From contig OZ024751.1 of the NCBI GenBank assembly GCA_964016885.1, forward strand, positions 48,670,001 to 48,734,000: a stretch of DNA of 64,000 nt, read 5' to 3'. Origin of the DNA: Eledone cirrhosa. Its lineage: Eukaryota. Below, piece by piece: positions 1 through 11,785 of this stretch. The notes under the pieces were generated by a model. The model made no database searches, had not been told where the DNA came from, and saw nothing but the letters and a program-made list of their open reading frames with translations. How positions within the stretch are numbered: position 1 is the first letter of the stretch; every line of letters begins with the position of its first letter. The translations under genes were made by a program, and so were the position numbers.

Positions 1-80
<80 letters not shown>

Positions 81-188
81 TTGCGTGAGTGTGTGTTTGT
101 GTGTGTGTGAAAATTAAACAGAAACAACAAACGTTCTTTCCTCTTCTCACTCTTTGTCTTTCTACTTTATCTTCTATTTCTAATTGTA

Positions 189-226
189 GGTTTTGATGAA
201 GGGTTCGTGTCCGAAACGTAAAGATT
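189..226 (+). ncRNA. Degenerate minimal type I hammerhead ribozyme motif (PLE pLTR-like)
   Basis: TTGATGA(193-199)-AGGG.TTCGTG.TCC-GAAAC-GTA-AAGA. Stem III is reduced to palindromic ACGT. C3 is T and stem I is weak. Confidence 0.45.
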
Positions 227-395
227 CGTTTCCGTTTATCTCAGCCGTTAAACTAACATATTTCTTCCGTGTAATGTGTCATTTATTTCAGTATTTCTAT
301 TCACTTTTTACACACACACACATGTATATATAATTATGAATATATATATATATATATACATATCCCCCACCATATATACATATATATATACACAT

Positions 396-479
<84 letters not shown>

Positions 480-513
480 ATACATAGATACATACATATA
501 AAAACATACATAG

Positions 514-556
<43 letters not shown>

Positions 557-942
557 CTTAGATACATACAAATATGTATATACGTCAGCTCAAATACAGT
601 AATTATATCAGGGAGAGATCGAAGCATAGAATCTCTATCGCATGCAATTAACCTGAAAACGTGAATTTGATACACAATTAATTATTTGGCAGTTGACATA
701 TTCATACATTTATTATTATTTACCTTAACAATTTCTGATTTAGTTATTCTAACAAGTTACGGAAGTTATTTATTAGTTAATTTAATAATATTGATTTAGT
801 TATTACCACCAAGAACCTCATTAGCGTACGATTTCTGATCATGAAACTAACAATTTATTCCTGACATTTTCTAAACCCATTCAGTTTGCTTACAGCTCAC
901 CTTAGTACGTTCATAGAATAATACCTCCCTCTATTCATCTCA

Positions 943-1068
<126 letters not shown>

Positions 1069-1233
1069 ATATTTCCCCTCTCTCCCATCGCCATTACATT
1101 GCAGGTTGAAAGTTGCTTCATATATTTAAGGTGGTTTGATTAAATATTTCACGCATGTTCGATCTTTATTTCACATATATTTCGATATAAGGTTTCAATC
1201 GGTGATCGTAGAAGTCAATTTAAAACGATAAAG

Positions 1234-1237
<4 letters not shown>

Positions 1238-1322
<85 letters not shown>

Positions 1323-1334
1323 CCCACACACACA
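1238..1334. repeat. (AC)n microsatellite
   Basis: Direct reading. Confidence 0.95.
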
Positions 1335-1432
1335 TATATATATATTTATATATATATATATAATATATATTATAATCGGTTACTGCCCGACGACAAAGAT
1401 CTTCCCGTTGCGAGGGATAGTGGATAATATAA

Positions 1433-1464
<32 letters not shown>

Positions 1465-1467
1465 TAC

Positions 1468-1531
<64 letters not shown>

Positions 1532-1546
1532 TTTTAATATATATGA

Positions 1547-1595
1547 GATTCTACAGGACTAGAACTGTTTCATTCTTTAGAAATCATCAGGAATC
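1547..1595 (-). ncRNA. Type I hammerhead ribozyme
   Basis: Minus strand reads GATTC-CTGATGA-TTTCTAAAGAAT-GAAA-CAG.TTCTAGTC.CTG-TA-GAATC: intact core, 5-bp stem I, 3-bp stem III, GUA site. Confidence 0.75.
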
Positions 1596-1646
1596 GATTC
1601 CTGATGATTTCTAAAGAATGAAACAGTTCTAAGTCTCTGTAGAATC
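1596..1646 (+). ncRNA. Type I hammerhead ribozyme
   Basis: GATTC-CTGATGA(1601-1607)-TTTCTAAAGAAT-GAAAC(1620-1624)AG..CT-GTA(1639-1641)-GAATC. Confidence 0.75.
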
Positions 1647-1748
1647 TCATCTATATTAAAACTGTTATACTCTGCTATGTATTGAGTACCTTACTTACTG
1701 TGGTTACCTCCGATTCAACCCGGAATAACGTATATATATATATATATA

Positions 1749-1907
<159 letters not shown>

Positions 1908-2496
1908 ATATATACGTACATATTAGTAATAACCTATATACATATTTACACAGACACCCATACACGCATACCTATACATATATAACAGACGTTATCAGTT
2001 ATAACAGCATTTGTGCGGTTGTTTGCGACCTTTTCCAAATCGCGTGTAACATACCATTATCAACATCATTTTCAGGATGTGGCGGAGAATCTCTTGAAGT
2101 CTACACGCATATAAATTCTTGAACAGACACACATACATGATAAGAACAGCACAAACTTCACACCAAGCATACAAGCAGCAATATTACGAAATATACAAAC
2201 AATCACGCATTCAGATTTTCAGTCATGCACGCGTGCAGGCGCATATGCTGATACGCATATTAAACATATGTGTACGTGTGTATGTGTACACATAATATCG
2301 ATATAGGTATAGACACACGTGTAATATATTCGTGTCTCCATATGTATAAATGAATATAAGATCACTAAATATCTCTGATCTAGACTGATAACTATTAACA
2401 CATACGTTCCTATATACATAAGACATATGTGCGTGTGGGATGGTATGTTTGTACACACATATAAACACACACACCGACATAGACACAAACATACAG

Positions 2497-2552
<56 letters not shown>

Positions 2553-2740
2553 TTATATGTGTATATGGATAAAGGGTCAGCAAGAATTTAACAATATAAT
2601 AAAATAATAGTATATTAGTACAGCGCATCAAAGAGTTGGAAAAGAATTGTAGTTTTGGATGCTAATCCTTCATCGGAAGATAGAGCAAGAGAGAGAAGAG
2701 ATGCTTTAGAGAGAGAGAGAGAGAGAGACAGAGAGATAGG

Positions 2741-2810
<70 letters not shown>

Positions 2811-3087
2811 GAAAAGAAAAACAGACTTTAATAAAATAAACGGCAAAAACAAGCACTGTAAAAATTCAGGTGTTGTTAGTCTGCTATAAATTTATTTATA
2901 TATTGTCACTTTATAAAACTAACTAAATATAGACAAATATAAACACTCACAAGGAACTAGCCAGTTAGCTAATTTTATCGATAAATAAACTAATAAATAA
3001 TAAACAGGTGCCAATGTGCTCACACTGAAAGACAAATATATATTCATGGTAAGTAATTAGATCCGAATGGGTACAACATAAATGCTG

Positions 3088-3235
3088 TCGGCAAATTGGC
3101 AGACTTTAGAATGTCGCATACATTGCCAAGTGATATTCATTCTGGTTCTCTACACACTGAGTACAAATGCCACTGAGGTCTGCATTTTTTTTCAGTCTTT
3201 AGGGGTCGATATATGAAGTATAAATGTAATACAGT
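3088..3235 (+). mobile_element. Degenerate tRNA-derived SINE (family 1)
   Basis: Decayed A box (TGGCAGACTTTAG), B box (GAGTACAAATGCC) and GGGGTCGATA central motif. Confidence 0.55.
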
Positions 3236-3309
3236 TCTGCAGAACCCTATCACTTTCACAATTTCTCACTTTCTCACTTTCTCACTTTCTCATTCACACT
3301 CCCTGGAAT

Positions 3310-3444
3310 AAATAAAAATATAGGTTGGGGTCCGGACGAGCTCCACCTTGTCTAAATTTCCCAAGATGGCGCCCTTCAGCCTCCATCACAGGATTGAGAC
3401 ACAAAGAGATATGGATGCATCCAGAATGAAAAAAAAAAAAAAAA
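3310..3444 (+). mobile_element. Short poly(A)-tailed retroposed insert with TSD
   Basis: A16 tail at 3429-3444, flanked by TCCCTGGAAT (3300-3309) and TCCCTGCAAT (3445-3454). Confidence 0.55.
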
Positions 3445-3454
3445 TCCCTGCAAT

Positions 3455-3660
3455 TTTGATAGTTTCTAACATTTGCCCAAGCATGGCAATTTGTGGGCAG
3501 AGGAATGCGATTACATCGACGCAAGTATATAACTGTCACTTAAGTTTGAAAGGCAAAGTTGTCATTAGTGGAATTTGAACTCACTGTGTAGAAAATCGTA
3601 ACTAAATGCCGGAAATCATTTTGTTCGACACTCGAAGAATACTTTCAATTCACCAACCTA
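3455..3660 (-). mobile_element. Degenerate SINE (family 1)
   Basis: GAAAGGCAAAGTT..GGAATTTGAACTC is the reverse complement of the B box and central domain. Confidence 0.6.
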
Positions 3661-4200
3661 ATACCTACTGTAAGATATATAAAGAAAAACAAACTACAGC
3701 ATTCAATCGCAATCAAGTATGACTAGGTAGGATCTGCCTTCATTTTGTTATAACCTTTAGGTAAAAACGAACAGGCAGATCAATATTTATATATAACACG
3801 ACGAAGTTCAGGCGATATCAGTTTAATTCCAGAAAATTTAGTTAAAATGTATGCTTAATGCTATCATTTTATTTCACTTTAGGTCTTTTACAATAGAGAT
3901 GCACTTATACATAGCTTTATACGTACACGCATTTCGACATACGTATGTATGTATAAACATACGCACACATATATAACATACGCACGTATATATAAATAAA
4001 GGCAACATATACACATGTAGTTTTGCTCTCCCTTTCTCTCTCTCTGTATATATATATACGTATATATATGTATGTCTGTATGTATATATATATATGAATG
4101 TATAAGTATATTGACAAATATACACATAGATACGACGAAAGAAAGTCAGATAGATAGATGCATTACGTATAAGCACACAAAGAAACTGATACATACACCA

Positions 4201-4233
<33 letters not shown>

Positions 4234-4253
4234 TAAATATATAATATATATAA

Positions 4254-4332
<79 letters not shown>

Positions 4333-4557
4333 CATAAATATCTATTTAGATGCAGTTATACATACATACATAAACATGTATATATATATATATATACATG
4401 CATATCTAGATATTTGTACACATATTTATACCTGCAATATGAATCTCTGGGGTCGTAGACGAAATTATCTGGAAACAAAATGGAATGGAATGCTGGAAGA
4501 ATAGAAAGCCAAACAGCACACATGATATCAGGCTTTTGAAAGTTAACAAACCAAGAA

Positions 4558-4621
<64 letters not shown>

Positions 4622-4790
4622 ATATATATATGATAGAAGACTGGAAGGAGATGGCTGTTATCTATTCTGGTTTTCAAATTGACATCTTTTAATAAATTGT
4701 ATTATCTTCCATTCAATTTCCCCGATATGCTATTCAATTGATATATATATATATATATATATACATGCAAAGATATACAAATACATACGC

Positions 4791-4861
<71 letters not shown>

Positions 4862-5290
4862 TATAGATATATATATGTATGTATATATACGTGTATACAA
4901 GCATTCAAACATATATGCAAGTGTTCATATTTGTATGTTTAGACAGCTACGTTTATTAAAGTACATTTACATTATAAAATATACGCAACTTTAATGCATG
5001 TAAACATACACAGAAAATTTCACGCATTACTTATACGTATAGGCATATATATGCCTATACATGTATATATAAGATGGAGAGACAATAAGAGTCAATAAAG
5101 GGGGATGAATAGGAGCATATATATATACAGGTTAAATATACATGTGTTCATGCATTAGTGTATATATGTTTGCACATATATATGCAGGCATATATATGTG
5201 TTTATATGTACTATATATATATATATAATACATAATATAATACGAAATATATATATATATATATTTCATATTACATTATGTATTACGTAT

Positions 5291-5375
<85 letters not shown>

Positions 5376-5454
5376 ATATATATATGAAAACAGGGGGAAA
5401 GAGACGATTATGAGGAAGAAATATATATTTTTTCCTTTTTTTGTCTCTCTCTTC

Positions 5455-5531
<77 letters not shown>

Positions 5532-5549
5532 TATATATATATATATATA

Positions 5550-5611
<62 letters not shown>

Positions 5612-5931
5612 AAGTATATTGACAAATATTTGCCGTAATGTTTTCATTATCTGTAATTTAATATAAAGTTCTTTTCAGCTATTTTTTGTATAGAAAATAA
5701 GTTAGTTTTGTCCACAAACATTTCAAGATCTGAATATATTAGGAAAAAGAAAAAAATCATGTATTCAGCCTTTGTTATTGGAGTTTGCTTTTTATATTGG
5801 GAATCATAAAAAGATGTACATTATATTGCTCCTAGTTACGTATGTTTATAGACACGTACTTATGCAGACGTGCACGATATCTACACACACATAGACACGA
5901 ACACAGCTACACAGATTTGCACCTCTCCAGC

Positions 5932-5994
<63 letters not shown>

Positions 5995-6008
5995 TGCGTG
6001 TGTGTGTT

Positions 6009-6058
<50 letters not shown>

Positions 6059-6167
6059 CGCGTGTGTGTGTTTGTGTATATATATATATATATATATATA
6101 TACACCTCCATATACATATCCACCTAATTATATATATATATTTATATATATATATATATATATATAT

Positions 6168-6349
6168 AGGAAAATGTATGACCCCGACGTACAGAGCTCA
6201 AGCCGTTTCGACGGCTAATTCTGAGTACAGAAATAGCTTGAGCTCTGCCGTCGGGGTCATACTTCTTCCTATTTCCCACTCTATACCCTAAGTATTGAGT
6301 ACTCTGGTGCGTTATGGTCCATCTGGTTCCTTACCACAATTCCTTTGTT
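6168..6349 (+). mobile_element. Short palindromic element with half-hammerhead and tail (family C)
   Basis: Inverted arms ~6168-6203 and 6236-6270. GAAAC-GG..CC-GTC stem III can be reconstructed from the two arms. Tail contains TATTGAGTAC. Lies in (TA)n. Confidence 0.55.
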
Positions 6350-6658
6350 ATATATATATATATATATATATATACTGGGGTCTGTATATATATGCGTGTG
6401 AGCTATAAGTGTATATGTGCAGTCTGTGTGAGTGTGTGAGTGTTTATGTCTACGTCTTTGTGTATGTATTTGTAAGAACACATTATAGATCACCTTATAT
6501 ACACATATCACTTACTCATCAAAACTTCTCTAACCATTGTATACTATACAACACACCATATATACGTATATATATATATATACATATATATACTATATAT
6601 ATATATACTATATATATATATACTATATATATATATATATACTATATATATATACATA

Positions 6659-6711
<53 letters not shown>

Positions 6712-6757
6712 TATATATATATATATACTATATATATATACTATATATATATACATA

Positions 6758-6811
<54 letters not shown>

Positions 6812-7159
6812 GTATGTGGGTGCTGCTAATACAAAGATTTATTTCATCTGAGTGTATCTAAGAGCTTAGGTCAATTCCATTAACTTGCTATCAGCCAATG
6901 AAAATTAGATATGAATTTAGGCATCAATACTCACACGTTGATGGCTAGTTTAGATGAAAATATAAGAGCACTTCCTATGTTATATTTCTTCATGAGAGAT
7001 ATCCTGTGTAATACTGTATTACTTTCTATGTAAAACACAGAGGTAGACATCCAGCAATTGACTACGCTAAAGCTGCCGGCCACACCAACGTGGACACGAT
7101 AGACCATCATATATATGTGTATGTAATGTATGCAAAATATATAAGTGTTTTTGTATGTG

Positions 7160-7195
<36 letters not shown>

Positions 7196-7249
7196 TGTAT
7201 GTATGTATGTATGTATGTATGTATGTATGTATGTATGTATGTATGTCTC

Positions 7250-7775
7250 ATATTCGGGTCGTTGGCGACTAAAGCGACAACCTCACCAAGCTTCCTGGGC
7301 GAGGAGGGTGATATTTGGACACCCTGCGGGATGAAATACAAACACAGCAAAGGGTGGAGGAACTCAGCAGAGTCAACCGCCATCCAAATAGTACTGTTTT
7401 CTTTCACCTGGGAGTGAAAGGCCCCCAGTTGTTGTCACAATACCTTTCTAAGAGAGGGAAACTCTGAAAAAAACCTGCGGCTTTGGAAACATCCGATGAT
7501 GTTGACCAGTTTTCCTTTTCAGGTGGTGCAAGGCCTTTCCTCACTTAAACAGTCTTAAAAGCACAGACATTGCTTCTTTAGGATATGTTACAGGTTCCTG
7601 TGGCTGACTGTAGCCTAAAAGTGCACCATTTTCTGTAATTTGACAAGCGATTGCAATACTCTTAGCAGAGTTTGCAGCTATCATGTATGTATGTATGTAT
7701 GTATGTATGTATGTATGTATGTATGTATGTATGTATGTATGTATGTATGTATGTATGTATGTATGTATGTATGTA
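7250..7775 (+). mobile_element. Non-autonomous retroposon with (TATG)n tail, RTE-like 5' UTR motifs
   Basis: AGAGAGGGAAACTCTGA..AAACCTGC motif. Shares CCGATGATGTTGA and CTTTCCTCACTT with the next copy. Ends ATCAT(GTAT)n. Confidence 0.45.
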
Positions 7776-7811
7776 TGTGTATATACATGGGTTCATGTGT
7801 ATGTATATGCG

Positions 7812-8185
7812 CGGGGACATAGAAATTGTCAGGCTGGACACCCGATCGCGTGGTTAAACCACTGGAAGTGAATGAACCCTAGTTTTGTTAGGGCATTCTT
7901 CTAGGAGAAGGCAGCTCAGAAAACTGCGATAACTCCGATATAAAACCTGCAGCTCAGTAGTTACCGATGATGTTGATCTTTTCTTCTTTTCGGCTTATAG
8001 CTACTGTCGCTCAGAGAGTGGGATTGGCTCAGTGTACAGTCTTTCCTCACTTGAAAAAATATCTTCACGCACAGCCATTGCACGATAGAATTAACTAATA
8101 ATTATTTATAATGGTATATCGTGCAATGGCCATACTCGATAACGAGGGGGGGGGCACCCACCATCATGTATATATGTATGTATAT
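7812..8185 (+). mobile_element. Related non-autonomous retroposon with (TATG)n tail
   Basis: CTAGGAGAAGG..AAACCTGC..CCGATGATGTTGA..CTTTCCTCACTT; ends CCATCATGTAT. Confidence 0.45.
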
Positions 8186-8402
8186 ATGTGCATGTATATT
8201 TTCTTTATTAAGACCAACCCAGAATGCTATAATTCTCTGGCTTCACCTGTGTATTCACAGGGTCATCAGATGACACTTATATGATAAGCTTGTAAATTCA
8301 ATGAAGAAAATTCTTATTAAAGAATTATATTCTTGGAAATGATAATTATCTCTTCCTCTCCCGATTGTCAATACTAAGTCTACACACACATTCACCCCCC
8401 CC

Positions 8403-8496
<94 letters not shown>

Positions 8497-8649
8497 CCCA
8501 CTCTCAAGCGTGAAACTAAAAACCATATCATTTGTACTGCCTCTCTGTTTTTTGTTTTCTGTTCATTTATTAAACTATATATGTATGAATACTGCCACTT
8601 CTTTTACAACTTTACAGAAAAGGGACATTTCTTAAACGCTGCACAAATG

Positions 8650-9800
8650 AAAGATCCTAAGCCCGCGAATGACTCCGCAATTCTGCCACGCTCCTGCACA
8701 TCATTTTGCAGATGTGACACTCAGGAGGCTCCCGCATAGTCCTGAAGGTAACCTGCGCCTTATCCGCTCTCATGTGCTGATTGAGTCCAGCATCATTCGT
8801 ACAATCCTTGCTGCAAAACCAGACACGAATTTCCTGCATGCCTTTCACGGTGGGCACCAACGTAATCTTACCTTTCACGGAGGGCACCAACGTAATCATA
8901 CCTTTCACGGAGGGCACCAACGTAATCATACCATTCACGGAGGGCACCAACGTAATCATACCATTCACGGAGGGCACCAACGTAATCATACCATTCACGG
9001 AGGGCACCAACGTAATCATACCTTTCACGGAGGGCACCAACGTAATCATACCTTTCACGGAGGGCACCAACGTAATCATACCATTCACGGAGGGCACCAA
9101 CGTAATCATACCATTCACGGAGGGCACCAACGTAATCATACCATTCACGGAGGGCACCAACGTAATCATACCTTTCACGGAGGACACCAACGTAATCATA
9201 CCATTCATGGAGGGCACCAACGTAATCATACCATTCACGGAGGGCACCAACGTAATCATACCATTCACGGAGGGCACCAACGTAATCATACCATTCACGG
9301 AGGGCACCAACGTAATCATACCTTTCACGGAGGGCACCAACGTAATCATACCATTCACGGAGGGCACCAACGTAATCATACCATTCACGGAGGGCACCAA
9401 CGTAATCATACCTTTCACGGAGGGCACCAACGTAATCATACCATTCACGGAGGGCACCAACGTAATCTTACCTTTCACGGAGGGCACCAACGTAATCATA
9501 CCTTTCACGGAGGACACCAACGTAATCTTACCTTTCACGGAGGGCACCAACGTAATCATACCTTTCACGGAGGACACCAACGTAATCTTACCTTTCACGG
9601 AGGGCACCAACGTAATCTTACCTTTCACGGAGGGCACCAACGTAATCATACCTTTCACGGAGGACAATAACATAATCGACCCCAGACTGCTGATTGCTGT
9701 GAGGTCTTAAATGACTAGCAAGCCCAGTAGGAGAAAGAACCAATGTAATCTTTCCGCAGATATTACAGATATGCTGCCACCAGATTAAAACCTGACACAA
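8650..9800 (-). pseudogene. C2H2 zinc-finger-encoding remnant (probably LINE C-terminus) split by a minisatellite
   Basis: CNICGK..GLASHLRPH on one side of the array; WFCSKDCTNDAGLNQHMR and CHICKMMCRSVAELRSHSR on the other. Confidence 0.5.
8841..9676. repeat. 30-bp minisatellite, 27 full units plus one degenerate
   Basis: Unit CC(T/A)TTCACGGAGG(G/A)CACCAACGTAATC(A/T)TA, head-to-tail with no spacers. Confidence 0.97.
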
Positions 9801-9898
9801 TTAAAACCTGACAAAAAGGATAGGTATACATATATATATATACATACATAACCACATTCCTAGATTCATGCATACATACATACGTACACACACACACA

Positions 9899-9933
<35 letters not shown>

Positions 9934-9936
<3 letters not shown>

Positions 9937-10524
9937 CAAGATGTAAGGTAGGTCGTACGTAAATCGCCATGATCACGCCTGACCTACCAAATATGCGACG
10001 GTAGCTAGTTTCTTTTGAAGGAATTTTTTAAGGAGACTTTTTATTTTTTTATTCTATTTTATTTATTTTTTTTATTCTCTTAATCTCTTCTGGTTTTTAA
10101 GTTTATTGAGGCTTATAAGCTTTATGCGCTTTATGCGCTTATTGAGGGATTTTTAAGGTGCTTTTGAGAGATCCCAAGTCTTGTAATTTTAATGCGTAAC
10201 TTATAAATTCCTTAATTTTTAACCTTCAATCCCTAACTTGTAGGCCCTTTTCAAATTCTCTTAATTCCCTATAACCCATCCCTCTTACAACTCCTACAAC
10301 TAATATAAAAGAGCCCCCTTAGAATATAGACCCCAAATATACAAGCTGAGCTGTTGATGTATACCACGATTTCAAACTGCTAATTTTGAGTGAAACGTTG
10401 ATGAAAATAATGAACTTACAATCACCCGTTATATGCCTTGAAAAGTCCCACCATATGGTCGGACGAAACGGCTGTCGGCAATAAACTTGTTATAATGTCA
10501 TAAAAGTTCCTTTGTTCTTTTTCC

Positions 10525-10527
<3 letters not shown>
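9934..10527 (+). mobile_element. PLE-like 3'/pLTR fragment in (TA)n
   Basis: Unique segment bounded by (TA)n with an HHR ~45 nt from its 3' end. Confidence 0.55.
10429..10484 (+). ncRNA. Type I hammerhead ribozyme, U3-A8 core variant
   Basis: TGCC-TTGAAAA-GTCC.CACCATATGGTC.GGAC-GAAAC-GGCT-GTC-GGCA; stems I and II perfect. Confidence 0.75.
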
Positions 10528-10581
<54 letters not shown>

Positions 10582-10852
10582 CATACATACACACATTCAT
10601 ATATACCTACATTGATGCATACAAACGTACATACATACATATATATATATATTATATATATATATATATACATACAGACATACATATATACATACACACA
10701 CAGGAAGGACTAGCTTCAAAACTTTGAGATGAGACTTTTCCTAGTATATTAAGCATAAAACTGATATATATCTTCATTGAACTTCATCGTCTGTTGTGTT
10801 CTTTTCCGTTTAACCCCACACCTGGCACATACATACTTATATATATATATAA

Positions 10853-10962
<110 letters not shown>

Positions 10963-11020
10963 AATAACAAAGAACGCCTATAGCATATGCATATATATAT
11001 ATACATATATATACATATAC

Positions 11021-11089
<69 letters not shown>

Positions 11090-11092
<3 letters not shown>

Positions 11093-11200
11093 GCGTGTGG
11101 CTGAGTGGTTAGAGAATTGGATTCGCAATCGTAAGGTTGTGAGTTCGATTCCTTGAGCAAGACACTTTATTTCACGTTGCTCCTTCTACCTGGAGTTGCA
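11090..11200 (+). mobile_element. tRNA-derived CORE-type SINE (family 2), partial
   Basis: A box TGGCTGAGTGG, B box GAGTTCGATTCC, then CCTTGAGCAAGACACTTT (CORE-like). Confidence 0.7.
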
Positions 11201-11338
11201 ACCGATAGATAGTATTAGCAATTGGAAAGACCAACGGAAACATTGTTCCCTCGGTCCGATTTGACGAAAGTCGGTCGTTCCTAAAAAAAAAAATATATAT
11301 ATATATAGAGAGAGAGCGAGAGCGAGGGAGAGAGAGAG

Positions 11339-11750
11339 AGAATAGAAAACGAAAAATCAGTGATGCATCTGAACTCAATTTATTGTGTGTTACAATTGTT
11401 TCCCTGGCGGACAGCTCGAGACGCGATCATTGTGTGGATCTGTCTGATTCTGGACCCGCAGGTTCGACGGACATCTAATGATTTCGGACTATATTCTGAG
11501 TGAATATGCTCCTAAATCATTAGACGTGTCCATCGAACCTCCGGGTCCAGAATCAGACAGATCCACACAATGATCACGTCTCGTGCTGTCCGCCAGGGAA
11601 ACAATTGTAACACACAATAAATTGAGTTCAGATGCATCACTGATTTTTCATTTTCTATTCTATCATACTCTGCTCTGTAAGAGAATAGAGTGCTCAACCG
11701 GCATAACACCTAGGAAAGCATCTTAGCTACCATCTGACGCCCCCCCCCGC

Positions 11751-11755
<5 letters not shown>
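11339..11755 (+). mobile_element. Long palindromic element with tail (family D)
   Basis: ~150-bp inverted arms at 11339-11489 and 11510-11661. GAAAC-AATT-GTA in each arm. Tail has a TACTC..GAGTG hairpin. Confidence 0.7.

Positions 11756-11785
<30 letters not shown>

Larger units (their letters stand above)
1531..1730 (+). mobile_element. Short palindromic dual-hammerhead element, family A (PLE pLTR-type, non-autonomous)
   Basis: Near-perfect palindrome 1531-1662 centred on GAATC|GATTC, plus a ~68-nt tail. Flanked by (TA)n. Related copies at 19919 and 51256. Confidence 0.8.

Noticed and set aside
8841-9676. CRISPR-like 30-bp periodicity
   Set aside because: Units are contiguous with no unique spacers, there are no cas genes, and the context is eukaryotic.
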